Assembly (NCBI RefSeq): GCF_947568905.1
Contig: NC_079171.1
Location: forward strand, 60,574,001 to 60,638,000
Direction: 5' to 3'
DNA: 64,000 nt
Source: Ostrea edulis
Taxonomy: Eukaryota
Shown: positions 36,413 to 49,671 of the stretch, one piece after another
Layout of the letters: every line of letters begins with the position of its first letter
Position numbering within the stretch: position 1 is the first letter of the stretch
Made by a program: the position numbers and the translations under genes
The notes under the pieces: generated by a model
The model's input: only the letters and a program-made list of their open reading frames with translations
Database searches by the model: none
What the model was told of the DNA's origin: nothing

Positions 36413-36904
36413 AACAGTTACATTCGCAGTAGAATTCAAATTCCTTGTTCATCACTACGATACATAAATGATGGATTGCCGTCGTGCATGATCAAATTGC
36501 ACTTTTTTCAATTAACCTTAATGTACGGACGAAACCTTTCTACGTAATAGAAATACTAGCTCTGTTGAGGTGTGACGCCATTTATAACAATGATGAAGAC
36601 GGACGATTTCTGGATGAGTAAAAATTTGGTCGTCTGCTTCTACACTGGTACTAGACATGTCGGGAAAATCGTGCACAGGATTTTTTATTGTTATCTGTCT
36701 TGGTAAGGTTTTGTTTTTCAATCAAAAGTGTTCTCGAGTACTGTTTCACTTGTTTTAAAAATAAGCGGGCTTTCTTTTTACTTATTCAATCATTTCTTTT
36801 ATTCATTCATTATATTTTCTCATTCATTAAAATATTTTGTAAAATACTGTTTGATTCAAAATAAAGGAAATTTTAATAATAAAAAATGAACTAGGCTGAA
36901 CTCT

Positions 36905-36905
36905 T

Positions 36906-36976
<71 letters not shown>

Positions 36977-37033
36977 GTCTGTCTGTCTGTCTGTCCCTCT
37001 GTCTATCCGTCCAACCGTCCGTCCATCTATCTA

Positions 37034-37068
<35 letters not shown>

Positions 37069-37180
37069 GTCTGTCAGTCAGTCAGTCTGTCTGGCTGTCC
37101 GTCTGCCTGTCTGTCTGTCCGTGTGTCTATCTATCTGTCTGTCCGTCTGTCTGCACATCTATTTATTTACCTATCTATCT
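36905..37180. repeat. (TCTA)n/(TCTG)n compound microsatellite
   Basis: Direct inspection. Confidence 0.95.
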
Positions 37181-38311
37181 TCATATCTATTTATTAGAAA
37201 TTCTGAGTTTGATATTTAAGAATCAGCTGAAGTTGAGATTTAATTTACCAGTGTATTACCCAGAGCTTCTTAGTTATAGCAGTGTGATGTGAAAACTCAA
37301 TTTCAGAAAACGCTAATTTACACGCCGCTGTGTTAAATCCCTGGTTTTTACATCATTGTTGACAGTGTGCAGTTTATTGACAAATTACAAAATCAGCAGG
37401 GCACTGGAACACAAAGATATATTGTGTTTTCTCGTATAATCACCTGTGCGAGACCGACGCTACCCATGTGAGACCGCCGTGTTCGTGCGAGGTGAATGGA
37501 ATCCTTCATCAGTACGAGTGAAGAATATGTAAATTCCACCGAGAGGGACAAGATTCGAAGTTTAGAATGAGGTTTAATTTGCAGAGTCCCTGACAGCGAA
37601 TCTTGAAGATTGAATTGTCCTATCCTACACAAATAAATGATAAAGAATTATGTTTTCCTCTCATTTCTCTACCAGTACAGTTTAGTTTACAAAGTTTAAA
37701 ATTTTACAAGCTTTGAGAAGGTTCAAAATTTTCATTTGACTTCTAAAAATACAAAATACTAATTAGACAGTCAGAAAGACAATACCCGAAAATGGTTTAT
37801 ACTTTTTGTGTAAACTAAAAATCCTAAGGATATTCAACCCCAGCAAAAAAGTTAAAAGGCACATGTATATGAAATAAAAATTTGAAGAAAACAAATGATA
37901 CGGAATATTTCGTGTCACCATGTTACTTCAATACCCTTTCTACTGTTTATTCACAAATGAAAGAGTACATTAAAACTATTAAAATGTAATACCATTAAGT
38001 ATTTTTAACGGTCACTTGTCTTTTTTCGTTTTCCACTAAAAGTGTAATCGATGTCGGATGAAAGAAACTTACGGGAGTGTTTATTCCCCCCTCCCCTTAC
38101 CTATTTGAATTTAGATTTTTATCCGACATCGATCTTTTGATTTCGCCCCTTCCTGATATCCGTTGAACCGATGGGTAGAGTCAGGAAGTGGTTCCTCATC
38201 ACCGCGCATGTTCATTTCAAGACTTACATAAAATGTTTGGTATTTTAATTTACCTTCGGCTGTTATGTGCTTTGAATTGCAAATAAATATTTGTCTTTAT
38301 TTTTCTTTCAG

Positions 38312-39207
38312 GATTAACCCTCAGTCACGTGACTTCTCAGATTATCGAAGGACCCCGTTCGCGTGGTATCATTATAGGCGGACCCTCCAGGCGCGGGGAT
38401 ATATCGCGAGACAGGCCCCGTAGAATCCCGACCTGGATTACAGAGAACCAACCCGAATCCACAGTCAGAACAAATATTATAGGTACCCCACGTCCACGAG
38501 ATTTAGGGAAAACTCTTGTCCATTTTGGAGAAAGACTGAGAAAGACAACGGAACAACGCAAACCAACTCTCACAGGCGATACTTCAGTTGGAAGGACGAA
38601 TCAGGTCAGAGGGCAAAATAATGAATTTAGGACGGGATTCCCAGAAAAGATTTGGAACAGAAACGGTGCAAAGGGTGGTAAATTACCAACAAACGACGCA
38701 AATTCAGCGGGAGAGAGGGGTGAAGTGCAGAGTTCCGGCATGAGAACCCCGAACCCGAGGTTTGTCGTCCAGTCCAACAGAGACCGTATTCGTCAGTTAC
38801 AGGCTGAGAAAAGACGAATCAAGATGGAGAATGCACGCACTAAATACCAGAATAACGCTTATCTAAACACACGAGGTTTAATTTCTGGAAAACGTCTTCC
38901 GACAGAATCACGATTCGTGTCAAATGACTTAAGCTTGTCCAATCAGAACCAGCGATTGACGTCACCGGTCTTTCGGACATCAAACCAGAACAGATTGTCT
39001 GCATTTGCCAGGCGTAATTCTCTACGACGAGTATCACTCACCGGAAGTTCATTCCCTGAGCAGCAAGATGCCCGCCCCCGAATGTTAACAGATCGTCAGA
39101 CCGCCCGCGACCAGTTAAAACAGGTTTCCGTGTCCAGATCGAAAGGGGCGAACAGTTACCTGAAAAGACTCTTATACAAGATATTAAGGAGAATAAAGAA
39201 GAATTAG
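38312..39207 (+). CDS. Terminal exon of an orphan Arg/Asn/Ser-rich basic, disordered protein (~297 codons); first exon unresolved
   Basis: Strong pyrimidine acceptor at 38311 in phase 1 with ORF 38329-39207; GC higher than flanks; AATAAA at 39365. Confidence 0.7.
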
Positions 39208-39764
39208 ATGATCTGCATGTCATACATATGTAATTCTTTTTTAAGAATTATTATCACTGGATATTGTCTTATAAAGTAATGTATCAAAACATTGCACGAT
39301 TATACATAACAATTACTTTAGTTTATACTCAAATCAGTGCACGCAAAGAATGAAAACTAAATTGAATAAATACTGATATATCATAGTAGTTGCGCTTCAT
39401 TCAAAATCAAAACGATGGCTTCCGGAGCTCAGTGATCAGAGGGATCGAGTTGATGTACAGCGCCAATAAGATAAGATATTCTTTATTTCCTCCGACTTAA
39501 CGGAGAGTTTGTGGAAATTACATGTATCAAACATAGAACATATTTACATAGTAGAGAATATAAGTAACATATCTATAATATATATAACCATATATTTAGG
39601 TAACAAATCATCTAGAACTTTCGGCAATCTACAATAAAGCAGCTTCTTATTCTGTATATTATCGTTGCAACACACAGCATTATTTCTTTTCATTTACAAA
39701 AGGATATGTCATGGATATACTAGCCCTACGTAGGGATAACAAGCGATAATTCATACAGTGCGTT

Positions 39765-40090
39765 CAATAGACCTAGATATCTAGCCTAGGAGCTAGGTGT
39801 TCAATAGACCTAGATATCTAACCTAACAGCTAGGCGTTCAATAGACCTAGATATCTAGCCTACAGCTAGGCTAGCGGCTACGATCTTGAACGCAGCCAAG
39901 GGCTGTTCAGAAAATATAGCGAGAACATACGAGGTCTGTACGGAAATTATAGCGGGAGTGTACGAGAGCTGTCCGGTAGTACGAGGGGTGTACAGATATT
40001 ATAGCGGGAATTTACGAGAGCTGTCCGGTAGTACGAGGGGTGTACAGATATTATAGCGGGAATTTACGAGGGCTGTTTGAAAACTATAAC
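39765..40090. repeat. 37-bp palindrome-containing repeat x3 followed by a 52-bp higher-order repeat of TACGAG-led units
   Basis: ctagatatctag palindrome; TACGAG at 39928, 39961, 39980, 40013, 40032, 40065. Confidence 0.85.
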
Positions 40091-40634
40091 ACCTGTATTA
40101 CAGGGGTTGCTCAGAAATAAAATGGAATAATTTCGTTGTAAGCGTGCATCCATTATAAGTGTGTTTGTTGTAACCGTGTTTCACTGTATCTCTACATTTT
40201 GCATGCAACAAATTTCTGTCCCTCAAACGTTCTTCTTTCCAACTTGAACGGTGAGCGCACTGTGAACTCTCGGTGAATACACGCAGAGCGAACGGTGAAC
40301 GCAATTTGGTGAACAGTGAGCGAACGCAGAACGCGAACGGATCGTGATGTAAGTGTTGTCGTGGTCGCCTGACACACTCTCAGCGCAGATTAACTTCAAT
40401 TAGAGAAAGAGGGATAAAAGACGTCACTACAGCATGTGTGTAATCTGGCAGTCCGCAGGTGCGACTTTTCCTGTAATGTTGAACACCTATCTACTAAGGT
40501 CAGTAGTAGAGTGCCCTGATAAACACTTCGACTACGTCAACCGGAAGTATGCATACTTTTTTATATTCTTTTTTATATATGATTTTATCTTTGCATGCTC
40601 TCTGTTTTGCATAATTTTTAATCATTTTAGAATT

Positions 40635-42230
40635 TAGCACTTCTCTGTAGTAGTTTAAGGAGGTTGTGTGTATTTAGCACTTCTCTGTAGTAGTTTAAGG
40701 AGGTTGTGTGTATTTAGCACTTCTCTGTAGTAGTTTAAGGAGACAGTGTGTATTTAGTATTTCTCTGTAGTAGTTTAAGGATATTGTGTGTATTTAGCAC
40801 TTCTCTGTAGTACTGTAAGAAGATTGTGTGTATTTAGTACTTCTCTGAAGTACTTTAAGGAGGTTGTGTGTATTTAGTATTTCTCTGTAGTACTTTAAGG
40901 AGGTTGTGTGTATTTAGTATCTCTCTGTAGTACTTTAAGAAGATTGTGTGTATTCAGTATTTCTCTGTAGTAGTTTAAGGATATTGTGTGTATTTAGTAC
41001 CTCTCTGTAGTAGTTTGAAGAGGTTGTGTGTATTTAGTATTTCTCTGTAGTACAAATGTAGTTTAAGGAGGTTGTGTGTATTTAGCACTTCTCTGTAGTA
41101 CTTTAAGGAGATTGTGTGTATTTAGCACTTCTCTGTAGTAGTTTAAGGAGATTGTGTGTATTTAGTATTTCTCTGTAGTAGTTTAAGGAGGTTGTGTGTA
41201 TTTAGTATTTCTCTGTAGTAGTTTAAGGAGATTGTGTGTATTTAGTATTTCTCTGTAGTAGTTTAAGGAGACAGTGTGTATTTAGTATTTCTCTGTAGTA
41301 GTTTAAGGATATTGTGTGTATTTAGCACTTCTCTGTAGTACTGTAAGAAGATTGTGTGCATTTAGTACTTCTCTGTAGTACTTTAAAGAGGTTGTGTGTA
41401 TTTAGTATTTCTCTGTAGTACTTTAAGGAGGTTGTGTGTATTTAGTATCTCTCTGTAGTACTTTAAGAAGGTTGTGTGTATTTAGTATTTCTCTGTAGTA
41501 CTTTAAGAAGATTGTGTGTATTTAGTATTTCTCTGTAGTAGTTTGAAGAGTTTGTGTGTATTTAGTATTTCTCTGTAGTACAAATGTAGTTTAAGGAGGT
41601 TGTTTGTATTTAGCACTTCTCTGTAGTAGTTTAAGGAGATTGTGTGTATTAAGTATTTTTCTGTAGTAGTTTAAGGAGGTTGTGTGTATTTAGTATTTCT
41701 CTGTAGTAGTTTAAGGAGGTTGTGTGTATTTAGTATCTCTCTGTAGTACTTTAAGGAGGTTGTGTGTATTTAGTATTTCTCTGTAGTACAAATATAGTTT
41801 AAGGAGGTTGTGTGTATTTAGTATTTCTCTGTAGTAGTTTAAGGATAGTGTGTGTATTTAGTATATCTCTGTAGTACTTTAAGGAGATTGTGATTGATTG
41901 ATTGATTAAATATTATTGAACGTCCCTCTCGAGAATATTTCACTCATATGGAGAAGTCACCACTGCCGGTGAAGGGCTGCAAAATTTAGGCCCATGCTCG
42001 GCGCTTATGGCCTTTGAGCAGGGAGGGATCTTTATCATGCCACACCTGCTGTGACTCGGGATCTCGGGTTTTGCGGTTTCATCCGAAGGACCGCCCCATT
42101 TAATCGCCTTTTACGACAAGCAAGGGGTACTGAGGACCTTTTCTAACCCGGATTCCCACGGATATTGTGTGTATTTAGTATTTCTCAATAGTGCTTTAAG
42201 GAGGTTGTGTGTATTTGATGCTTGCTGTGA
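40635..42230. repeat. ~40-bp minisatellite (tgtgtgtatttagtatttctctgtagtagtttaaggaggt), about 30 copies, interrupted by a SINE
   Basis: Direct inspection. Confidence 0.95.
41893..42161 (-). mobile_element. SINE, non-tRNA-head family, (atca)n tail
   Basis: Minus strand: gtgggaatccgggttag...gcttgtcgtaaaaggcgattaaatggggcgg...gtcacagcaggtgtggcatgataaagatccctccctgctcaaaggcc...caatcaatcaa. Confidence 0.85.
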
Positions 42231-42431
42231 TTTAGTCTATACACTGTGTATTCCTTGATTAATTAAAAATTTTGACATTCATGAAGAACAAGAATTAAAT
42301 ATTCACTATAAAGACAATTATTTCGTTGTTGAAAAATGTGTACACTTTGATTTTTATTGCACATTAAAGCATATATTAATCAATTCATGTATCTCCTACA
42401 GACACTCATCTCAATTCCACACACCAGAGAC

Positions 42432-45400
42432 ATGACGTCGCTGTTGTTGATTTTCAGTTTCCTGTTCCTCCTCAGCGATAACCGTGCACAATGTAAGCCC
42501 CATCTCTAGTCATAAATCTGAAAATAATCAAAGGGAGAATAAAGTTCATTTTGTTCAATTCTTTTAATCACCTGTAAATAATAACAATTATATACATTTA
42601 TCTGCATATATTTCCAAGTTTAAAACAACTAAAATCTTCAAAATTACGTCCCCTGAGTTTTGGCTTCTTGGACAGCAATTGAATTCGTAATATAAGTTGG
42701 CTCCTTGTAAAGCTTTTAAAATAACAGACACGTGATCATTTAAAAGTTTATGAATATTACTTGTATTCATTTATCTCTTTTATAATGTTACAAAGGAATA
42801 AGATAGTCTGGATGAGAACAAAAAATTTACTAAAAGCTACACATATATACATGTACTAGATACTTAGAAATTCAAACTCTCCTTGATTTAAATTCAAGTC
42901 GTCATGATATCAAAAATTGTGAGGAAGTTTGGAATAGCGCAATGCCTGTTCGATAAAAAAAAAAAAACCGTTTAAATTGTTTAAAAGGCCATGGATACGA
43001 TTTGAGCTGAAAATTTCAAAATTTTATTTTTCCACTTTTATTGCTTAAAATGTTTGAAAAGTTGAATTTTTCTAATGGTTAACCAAAATTTGAATATCTG
43101 TTGAATTACAAGTGAGATACATCGATCACAATTCTTTGTTATGTAAAGAAGGCTGGTGCCGTGTTTTTGTTTACATATACATGTAGATTGCTTTATAGAA
43201 AATAGCATGTTTTAAAACAAAATGAGACTGCCAAACACTAGAAACTATTTAATTGTGTTAAGAATTAACTTTTACATTTAAAAAAAAATCTGCTTTAGCT
43301 TAATTCTGTTTACTTATTTAATCAAAGTATTAATTGATTGGATATTTTTTAACGTCCCGCTAGAGAATTCTTCCCTCATATCTTATATGGAGACGTCACT
43401 AAGACCGGTGGAGGGCTGCAACATTAAGACCTATACTTGGCACTTATGACCTTCGAACAGGGAGGGATCTTTATCGTGCCACACCTGCTGTGACACGTGG
43501 CCTCAGTTTTCGAGGTCTCACCCGAAGGACCGCCCCATTTAGTCGTCTCCTACGATAAACAGGGGGTACTGGGGACCTATTCTAACCCGGATCCCCACGG
43601 GACAACCTATGTTTAGTATTTTGGGCTCTGTATCTCCCATGTGCCTCAACAAATGATATTCAAATTTTTGCTGGCCATTAGAAATACCTTAGTTAAGGAA
43701 TCTAATCATTAAAATAAAATAATAAAATTTGGAAAATTCTCAGCTCATGCCCTTTAAAAGTGGATTTTATGTTTTTATAATTTTTTTATGTTACAGCACA
43801 GCTGTTTTTCCAGAAACTTCAACAAGCGTCTGCAGGAAGCAGATGTATGTCTGGGTCAATAGCATGCTTACCGGCCCCATGGTGTCAAACAGTTAAAGAT
43901 GAAAATGGCTGTCCAAGATGCAAGTGCAACAGTATGCTGTTTATCAATTCATTAAATCATACATGAAATAAGTCGTTGAAGGTTCAAAGTTCAATACATT
44001 AGATCCTCGTACAACCCCTGCACTTAAATGGTAAAACCAACAAAATGGTGCTTTTAAAACATTTTATCTCATATTTTCAAATAATTGGAGACGCTGAGGT
44101 TTTTTTCAGCGGCCATTTTGGTACATAAAGGTCACGTGACTATCTAGAATATTTTTGTAACAAAACTCTGCCAACGGTCAGAGATAACTGGAGGGAAGGA
44201 AAATGTACAGGGGAGGGGCGGGGGGTAAAATAATAGAAGGGGGATAAGAGATGGGAATCCATCCCCGTGTGATACTTGTTCTGCAGAAAGTGATGCATAA
44301 TAATTCAAACACACATGTTACCATGATAAAAGGGCCGCACTATTTCCCTGAGCGCGTGCAGTCGTCATTAAACCAGCGCCATGACAGGTCGATCTAACTC
44401 TGGGGCCTTATCTCCACTTTCTGTTAATCTCCGAAGAATGTGTCTGTATTAAGACATAGCGATAGATTATGGAGAGTTAAATACAGCTTAGTTATACAAC
44501 AGTTTGTCTGGACGTCGACCATTGTCGCCGACTTTATTAATGGATTTAAGATAAACCTTATCTAATGTACTGTCAGAATCCTTTTTCTGTTTGTTTATGT
44601 GCGCAGTGCATCTAAATCGCTATATTTCACTCGAGTAAAAATGTTTACAATGTTTATTGTGAATGACGTTTCATGTCTCTCACGTAATGTTATCATCATT
44701 ATTATTATCATGTTTATTCAGGCAAAGCATCAGATAAATTACAAGTCTTAATCATATATATTGTAAAACACATTAATAATGCCAATTAGGGATCACAAAT
44801 GAATTTTTGGCACATTTTTATCATATGTACGGAATAGCACTCCAGATATTATCACAACTATAGCCACCAACAACATCATTATTAAAATACATGCTTATCA
44901 CAGTACCAGTTCTTATCACAGACAATATAAATTTATACTTGAAATCAATCTTTATCTAGGATAACCCATGAAAGCAATTTATAAATCTTGCTTATTTCCA
45001 ATGGGGTCCTAAGATGTTATAAGTTGATTATAGATTATGTATGACTAAGACAGCATAGACAAAATAATATTGAACGTTGGGTGATTTTCCTAGCCCAAAT
45101 TAAGTAAAATTATGTATATTGTTTGATTATGATATTGATTCAAAATAATTTAAAAAATGTATTATACACCATAAAAAAACATATATAAAGGCTTCCTTCC
45201 CTCCTTCTTCTGCAAGATGCAACTTGACAGCAGATTTAAATCTAGCTCTATTTAAACAAATTTGAACTATTGTAGGCCCTAACCCTAGGAACATGATAAT
45301 TAAAATCGGAGACTCCCCTAGTAGCATTATATTTTCTGTCAAATTTCTCATGTAAATATTTGGTGCACAGAATTCCTCAAATTCTGGAGTCTACTGTACT

Positions 45401-48400
45401 TTCACCGTTATTTATAGAACATAACTTTTGATCTCATTTGAATTTAAGTGTTTAGAGCAACCAATCATATTTTCTTTAGATAGAGAGCCTTTCAGTTTCA
45501 CTGATATACATGTATCAATACGTAATCTGGCATAAAATTTGATTGGAAATTGTCCATTAAATGCAAGCTACCACACGGAGCCGTAATGTTTACTTCCACA
45601 ATGATTACAATTTGTTTACTTCCACAATAATTACAATTTGTTTACTTCCACAATAATTACAATTTGTTTACTTCCAAAATAATTACAATTTGTTTACTTC
45701 CACAATAATTACAATTTGTTTACTTCCACAATAATTACAATTTGTTTACTTCCACAATGATTACAATTTGTTTACTTCCAAAATAATTACACTTTGTTTA
45801 CTTCCACAATAATTACAATTTGTTTATCGCCTGGGATTATTGTTGCTCAACCGAGCACGTGAACAATGCAGCATTATGAATATAATTATTGATATAGGCA
45901 TATAATGACAGTTCTCAGAGTTATCTGAATAATGTTACTCAAAAGGAAGTTTCAGATCATCCAGAGAGACACCTCACGCAGGCGCAATGAGTCCCTTTTC
46001 CACATCTATGTTTGGATCTAATGGTGGTTTCGGCTTTCCCGGATTTCCCAGCTTCAGTGGTAAATTTTGCTTTGAAATATGAGGAGGTGTTGTTTTGCTC
46101 TTTGTTCTGCTATAAATCTTTTATTTCTTCTCAAAGTTGATCTCCCCGTGACAAATGTCACTCTTTTGTCTGATAGTCATTGAAATTTAGAGTTATATCG
46201 ACATGTTCAGGCCAGATGGGACCGATGAATCCGATGGCGGCCATGTTTGGTTCCGGAAGTTCAATGTCCGGAACAGGAAACTCTCCTATGTCTGGGCCGA
46301 TGGGATTTTCTGGGGGTATGTCTTCTATGGGGGGATTCATGGGACAGATGAATCCATTGCTGGGTGCGTCTGCTGGACTGACCAATCAGAAAACACCTAG
46401 CAACAATAAAACTTCGTGTGATCCCGCCCCCTACACGTGTCCGGCCCCGCCCCCATGGTGCCAGCGCATTGTTGATGAGGGAGGATGCACTAAATGCCTG
46501 TGTGGAGAAGGTTGCTATAAATTTTATTCTAGTAGAACAAAAGTTTTACTGCAACGCTTTTCAATTGGTTAATTTAATATTGATTGATTGTATATTGTTT
46601 AACGTCCCTCTCGATAATTTTTTACTCATATGAAGACGTTGGTTGATTTGATAATTTCTAATCTTTATTCTGCGTTCATGAGATGTTTAGTGATATTCTA
46701 TATACTACGCTTTGCAGAGTTGCAGACTTACTATGACAAAATTCAAGGAGTAACAAAAAGCACAACAGCAAAACCCCCCACTGTTACTGTCAACCAAACA
46801 AGATCTACAATGACGCCACAAGCCTCTTCTTCTACCATTACTCCTGTTAAAACCACGCCCATCACCACATTTGCCCCGCCTCTCGGTAAGGCGTGTCTTG
46901 CAAACTTTTTTTGTACACTGGATTGCCGAACTGGATACCGGACGGATTCTGTGGGATGCCCGCTGTGTTCTTGTAATGGCGACAGTTCACTCATCACGCA
47001 AGGTTTATTTTTAACTTTAATTTTTTTTTTAGAGTGCACTAAGCAAAGGGTTTCTTCTCTGTTTACAGTAAAAGTTGGCTTAAATCTTCGTTAGTTGAAC
47101 AATTATGACGTCATGATAAACTCAAGACTGTAATGACTGAACAGATACACTTCCTGTTTGTAACACATCTCGCGTGAACTTCAGCTACCTATTCATAGCT
47201 GATCTCAGTGTAACTCACGTGATAGGGAGAGGGCTGAAATAGTTTTTGCGAATAAAATTATTACAAAATGAAATAATTCACTTGATATATAGTGTATAAA
47301 ATCAATTTTGGAATTTACAAAACTCGCAAAGTGAAAATTGATAATAAAAAAGTGTTGTAGAAAATATAAAAAAATGCCACGCCCCCTCCTCCTCCCCAAC
47401 CAGAATTCCTGGATCTGCCCCTGCTCAGCTATCTATTCATAGTTGATCTCCCTTTCACTTTTTGCGAATAAAATTAGTATAAAATAAAAATAATTCACTT
47501 GGTGATATAGTATATAAAATCAATTTTGGAATTTACAAAACTCGCAAAGCCAAAAATTGATAATAAAAAAGTGTTGTAGAATATATAAAACCACATGACC
47601 CCGAAAAATAAATTCTTCGAATGAAAATTCATTTTCAAAACTCGGACGGCTTTCCGCGTAGTTTGTACTGCAATGACACAGAACAGCTTTGTTAAATCCC
47701 AGTGGTTCAAGGGTGTCAGCTGCACTGGGGATTGTGAAATACATGCAGGCTATAAATACCCAATATCTAGAACTCGCACTGAGGACGCACTGTCCACAAT
47801 TACTTATCATGGAAGAATCTTGACGTAGTGCAAGCTTTTGTAGTGGAAGAAATTTGTTCGTTTGCACTTTTGTACATAGACAAGATTTTGTCGAATGTTA
47901 GAAAATCTTAATCTGGAAATGGAACAAGATTCGGATAGGTGAATGCGGGGTAATTTCTCATGACCTTTAATCAATCTAATAATATACCGTCCTTGACCTT
48001 TGATTATCAATTACAATATAGAGCTTCAGATTATAGCACCCCTGTAAGTGTCTTTCGAATTATATACTAAATACACAAATCCTGTACAACCAAAATGATT
48101 TCAGAAGTCTTCTCTCAGTGACCTTGAACTCGTGAATCAATCTCTGAAAAAAGGGGAAACGATCTTTATGCAATCTTCGGTACACTTTATGCAATCTTCG
48201 GTAATTACTTAGATCGGACAGAAAATGTCTTACACATAAAAATAAACAGGAGCCCATTTCACAATAGGTCTTACGAGTTCATACCAAAAGTACTTTTTCA
48301 ATTCATTTAATGGTGCACTTTTTTTTAAAAGTGTAAAATTGTGGCATATCTAAAGAATAGCAGGCAATGAGTAACTATATAAAACCATATTTTCACAAAT

Positions 48401-49398
48401 TGCACACTGAAATAGAAATGCATGTATGATAGACATATTAGAATACTAATCTTAGTCGGAAGACCTTTTGTAAAATGAGCACCAGGATATTCCTTTCCAA
48501 TGACCTTGATCTTTTACATCTAACCTTGAAAATTGATCAGAACATGCAGTGGACTAGCCATTTTGATAGAAGTGAATAAGAAAACACAAGTTGTGGACAC
48601 GGGTGAATTTCTTGATCCACAGTTGCAGATTTAGAGGAGGACCACCCTCCCCTAAAATAAAATAATAAGTAGAACAACAGCCAAAGTATAAGATTTGACA
48701 TTATACAGTCATGCAAACAGGTGCATAACGATAAAGAAATCAATCATCTGTTGTATTTATTGGTTTTATGCATAATGTATAGCTAAAATAACCCATAACA
48801 GTAACCCATAGAGCCCCAAAATCTTCAACCTCCCTTTTTAGATTAAGGATCCACCACTGACCCCCTTCCCCACAACTTCTTGGCGGGGGGACGTGGAGAT
48901 AACAGCAACAGCCTGGATATCATACAACCCTAACTATATAATACATGTAAGTGTGTATAACGATTCTATTGTGCGACCTGCTTCGTGACAGAGGTCCGGC
49001 ATGTGGGCGGATAGATTATTAAAAGTACATTACATAGTACAAGAGAAGACTTTAGAAAAAAAAATTGCTTGGTCGCCCATAGTTAATTCAGAAACAAAGT
49101 TCTATAAAGAATTTCGTTCCGTTATTCATAATCTTCATACTAGCATTGCCTACCTAATAAAGTATATATACTAGTATATATATGCTCATTTTTCGTTTCG
49201 TTTCTTTTTTTAGCAACACATATTCCAGATTCGTCCACGTCTCCAGTTCCCTTTACTACACTACCAATTTCCGGTTCCGGTAGTCCTATTGGAGATTTGA
49301 ATGTAGTTTGCCCCGGGATATTCGATTGCATGAAACAATGCCTGAATGGATACCGTGTGGACGGGCAGGGATGTCCTCTTTGTGAATGTATTCAATAA
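42432..49398 (+). CDS. Antistasin-domain secreted protein A, 359 aa (signal peptide, 4 antistasin-like domains, Met/Gly-rich and Thr-rich linkers)
   Basis: Exons 42432-42492, 43797-43931, 45946-46059 (acceptor weak), 46211-46510, 46718-47002, 49214-49398; all junctions phase 1; motif C-x3-C-x2-GY-x2-D-x2-GC-x2-C-x-C in domains 3-4; AATAAA overlaps the stop. Confidence 0.8.
43333..43601 (-). mobile_element. SINE, same family as 41893-42161
   Basis: Colinear over about 270 bp. Confidence 0.85.
44690..45355 (-). mobile_element. Degenerate CR1/L2-type LINE 3' end
   Basis: Minus-strand LGPTI..CLN...ARFKSAVKLHL resembles the ORF2 C-terminus; AATAAA plus (ATA/ATG)n tail near 44700-44716 on the minus strand. 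Confidence 0.55.
45586..45826. repeat. 26-bp tandem repeat x~9
   Basis: tttgtttacttccacaataattacaa units. Confidence 0.95.
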
Positions 49399-49671
49399 AT
49401 AATTGGAGAAAACAATCTGTTCATGCCTATATACTTATACGTACGTCATCATTTTTGGTGTTACCACTAGCAGTGGTTAAGATGTGGGGGTCCCGGATTC
49501 AATTCTCAATTTAGCGCCGCGTCAAACCTAAGGCGTTTCACTTCTCTAATGACTGTTACGTCATCAAGCTAAACATTGATAGAGAACTCTCACTGCTACA
49601 ACCTTGAGTGCCATGTACTGAATTTATGACACGCTATTTGAGGTTCTTAACGTCTCTACAGGGGTGAACAT

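Noticed and set aside
37393-37632. 79-aa minus-strand ORF with an acceptor-like start
   Set aside because: No recognisable motif or partner exons; left unassigned
44287-44387. Open AG/GT-bounded segment in a gene A intron
   Set aside because: Phase 0-2 is incompatible with the flanking phase-1 exons
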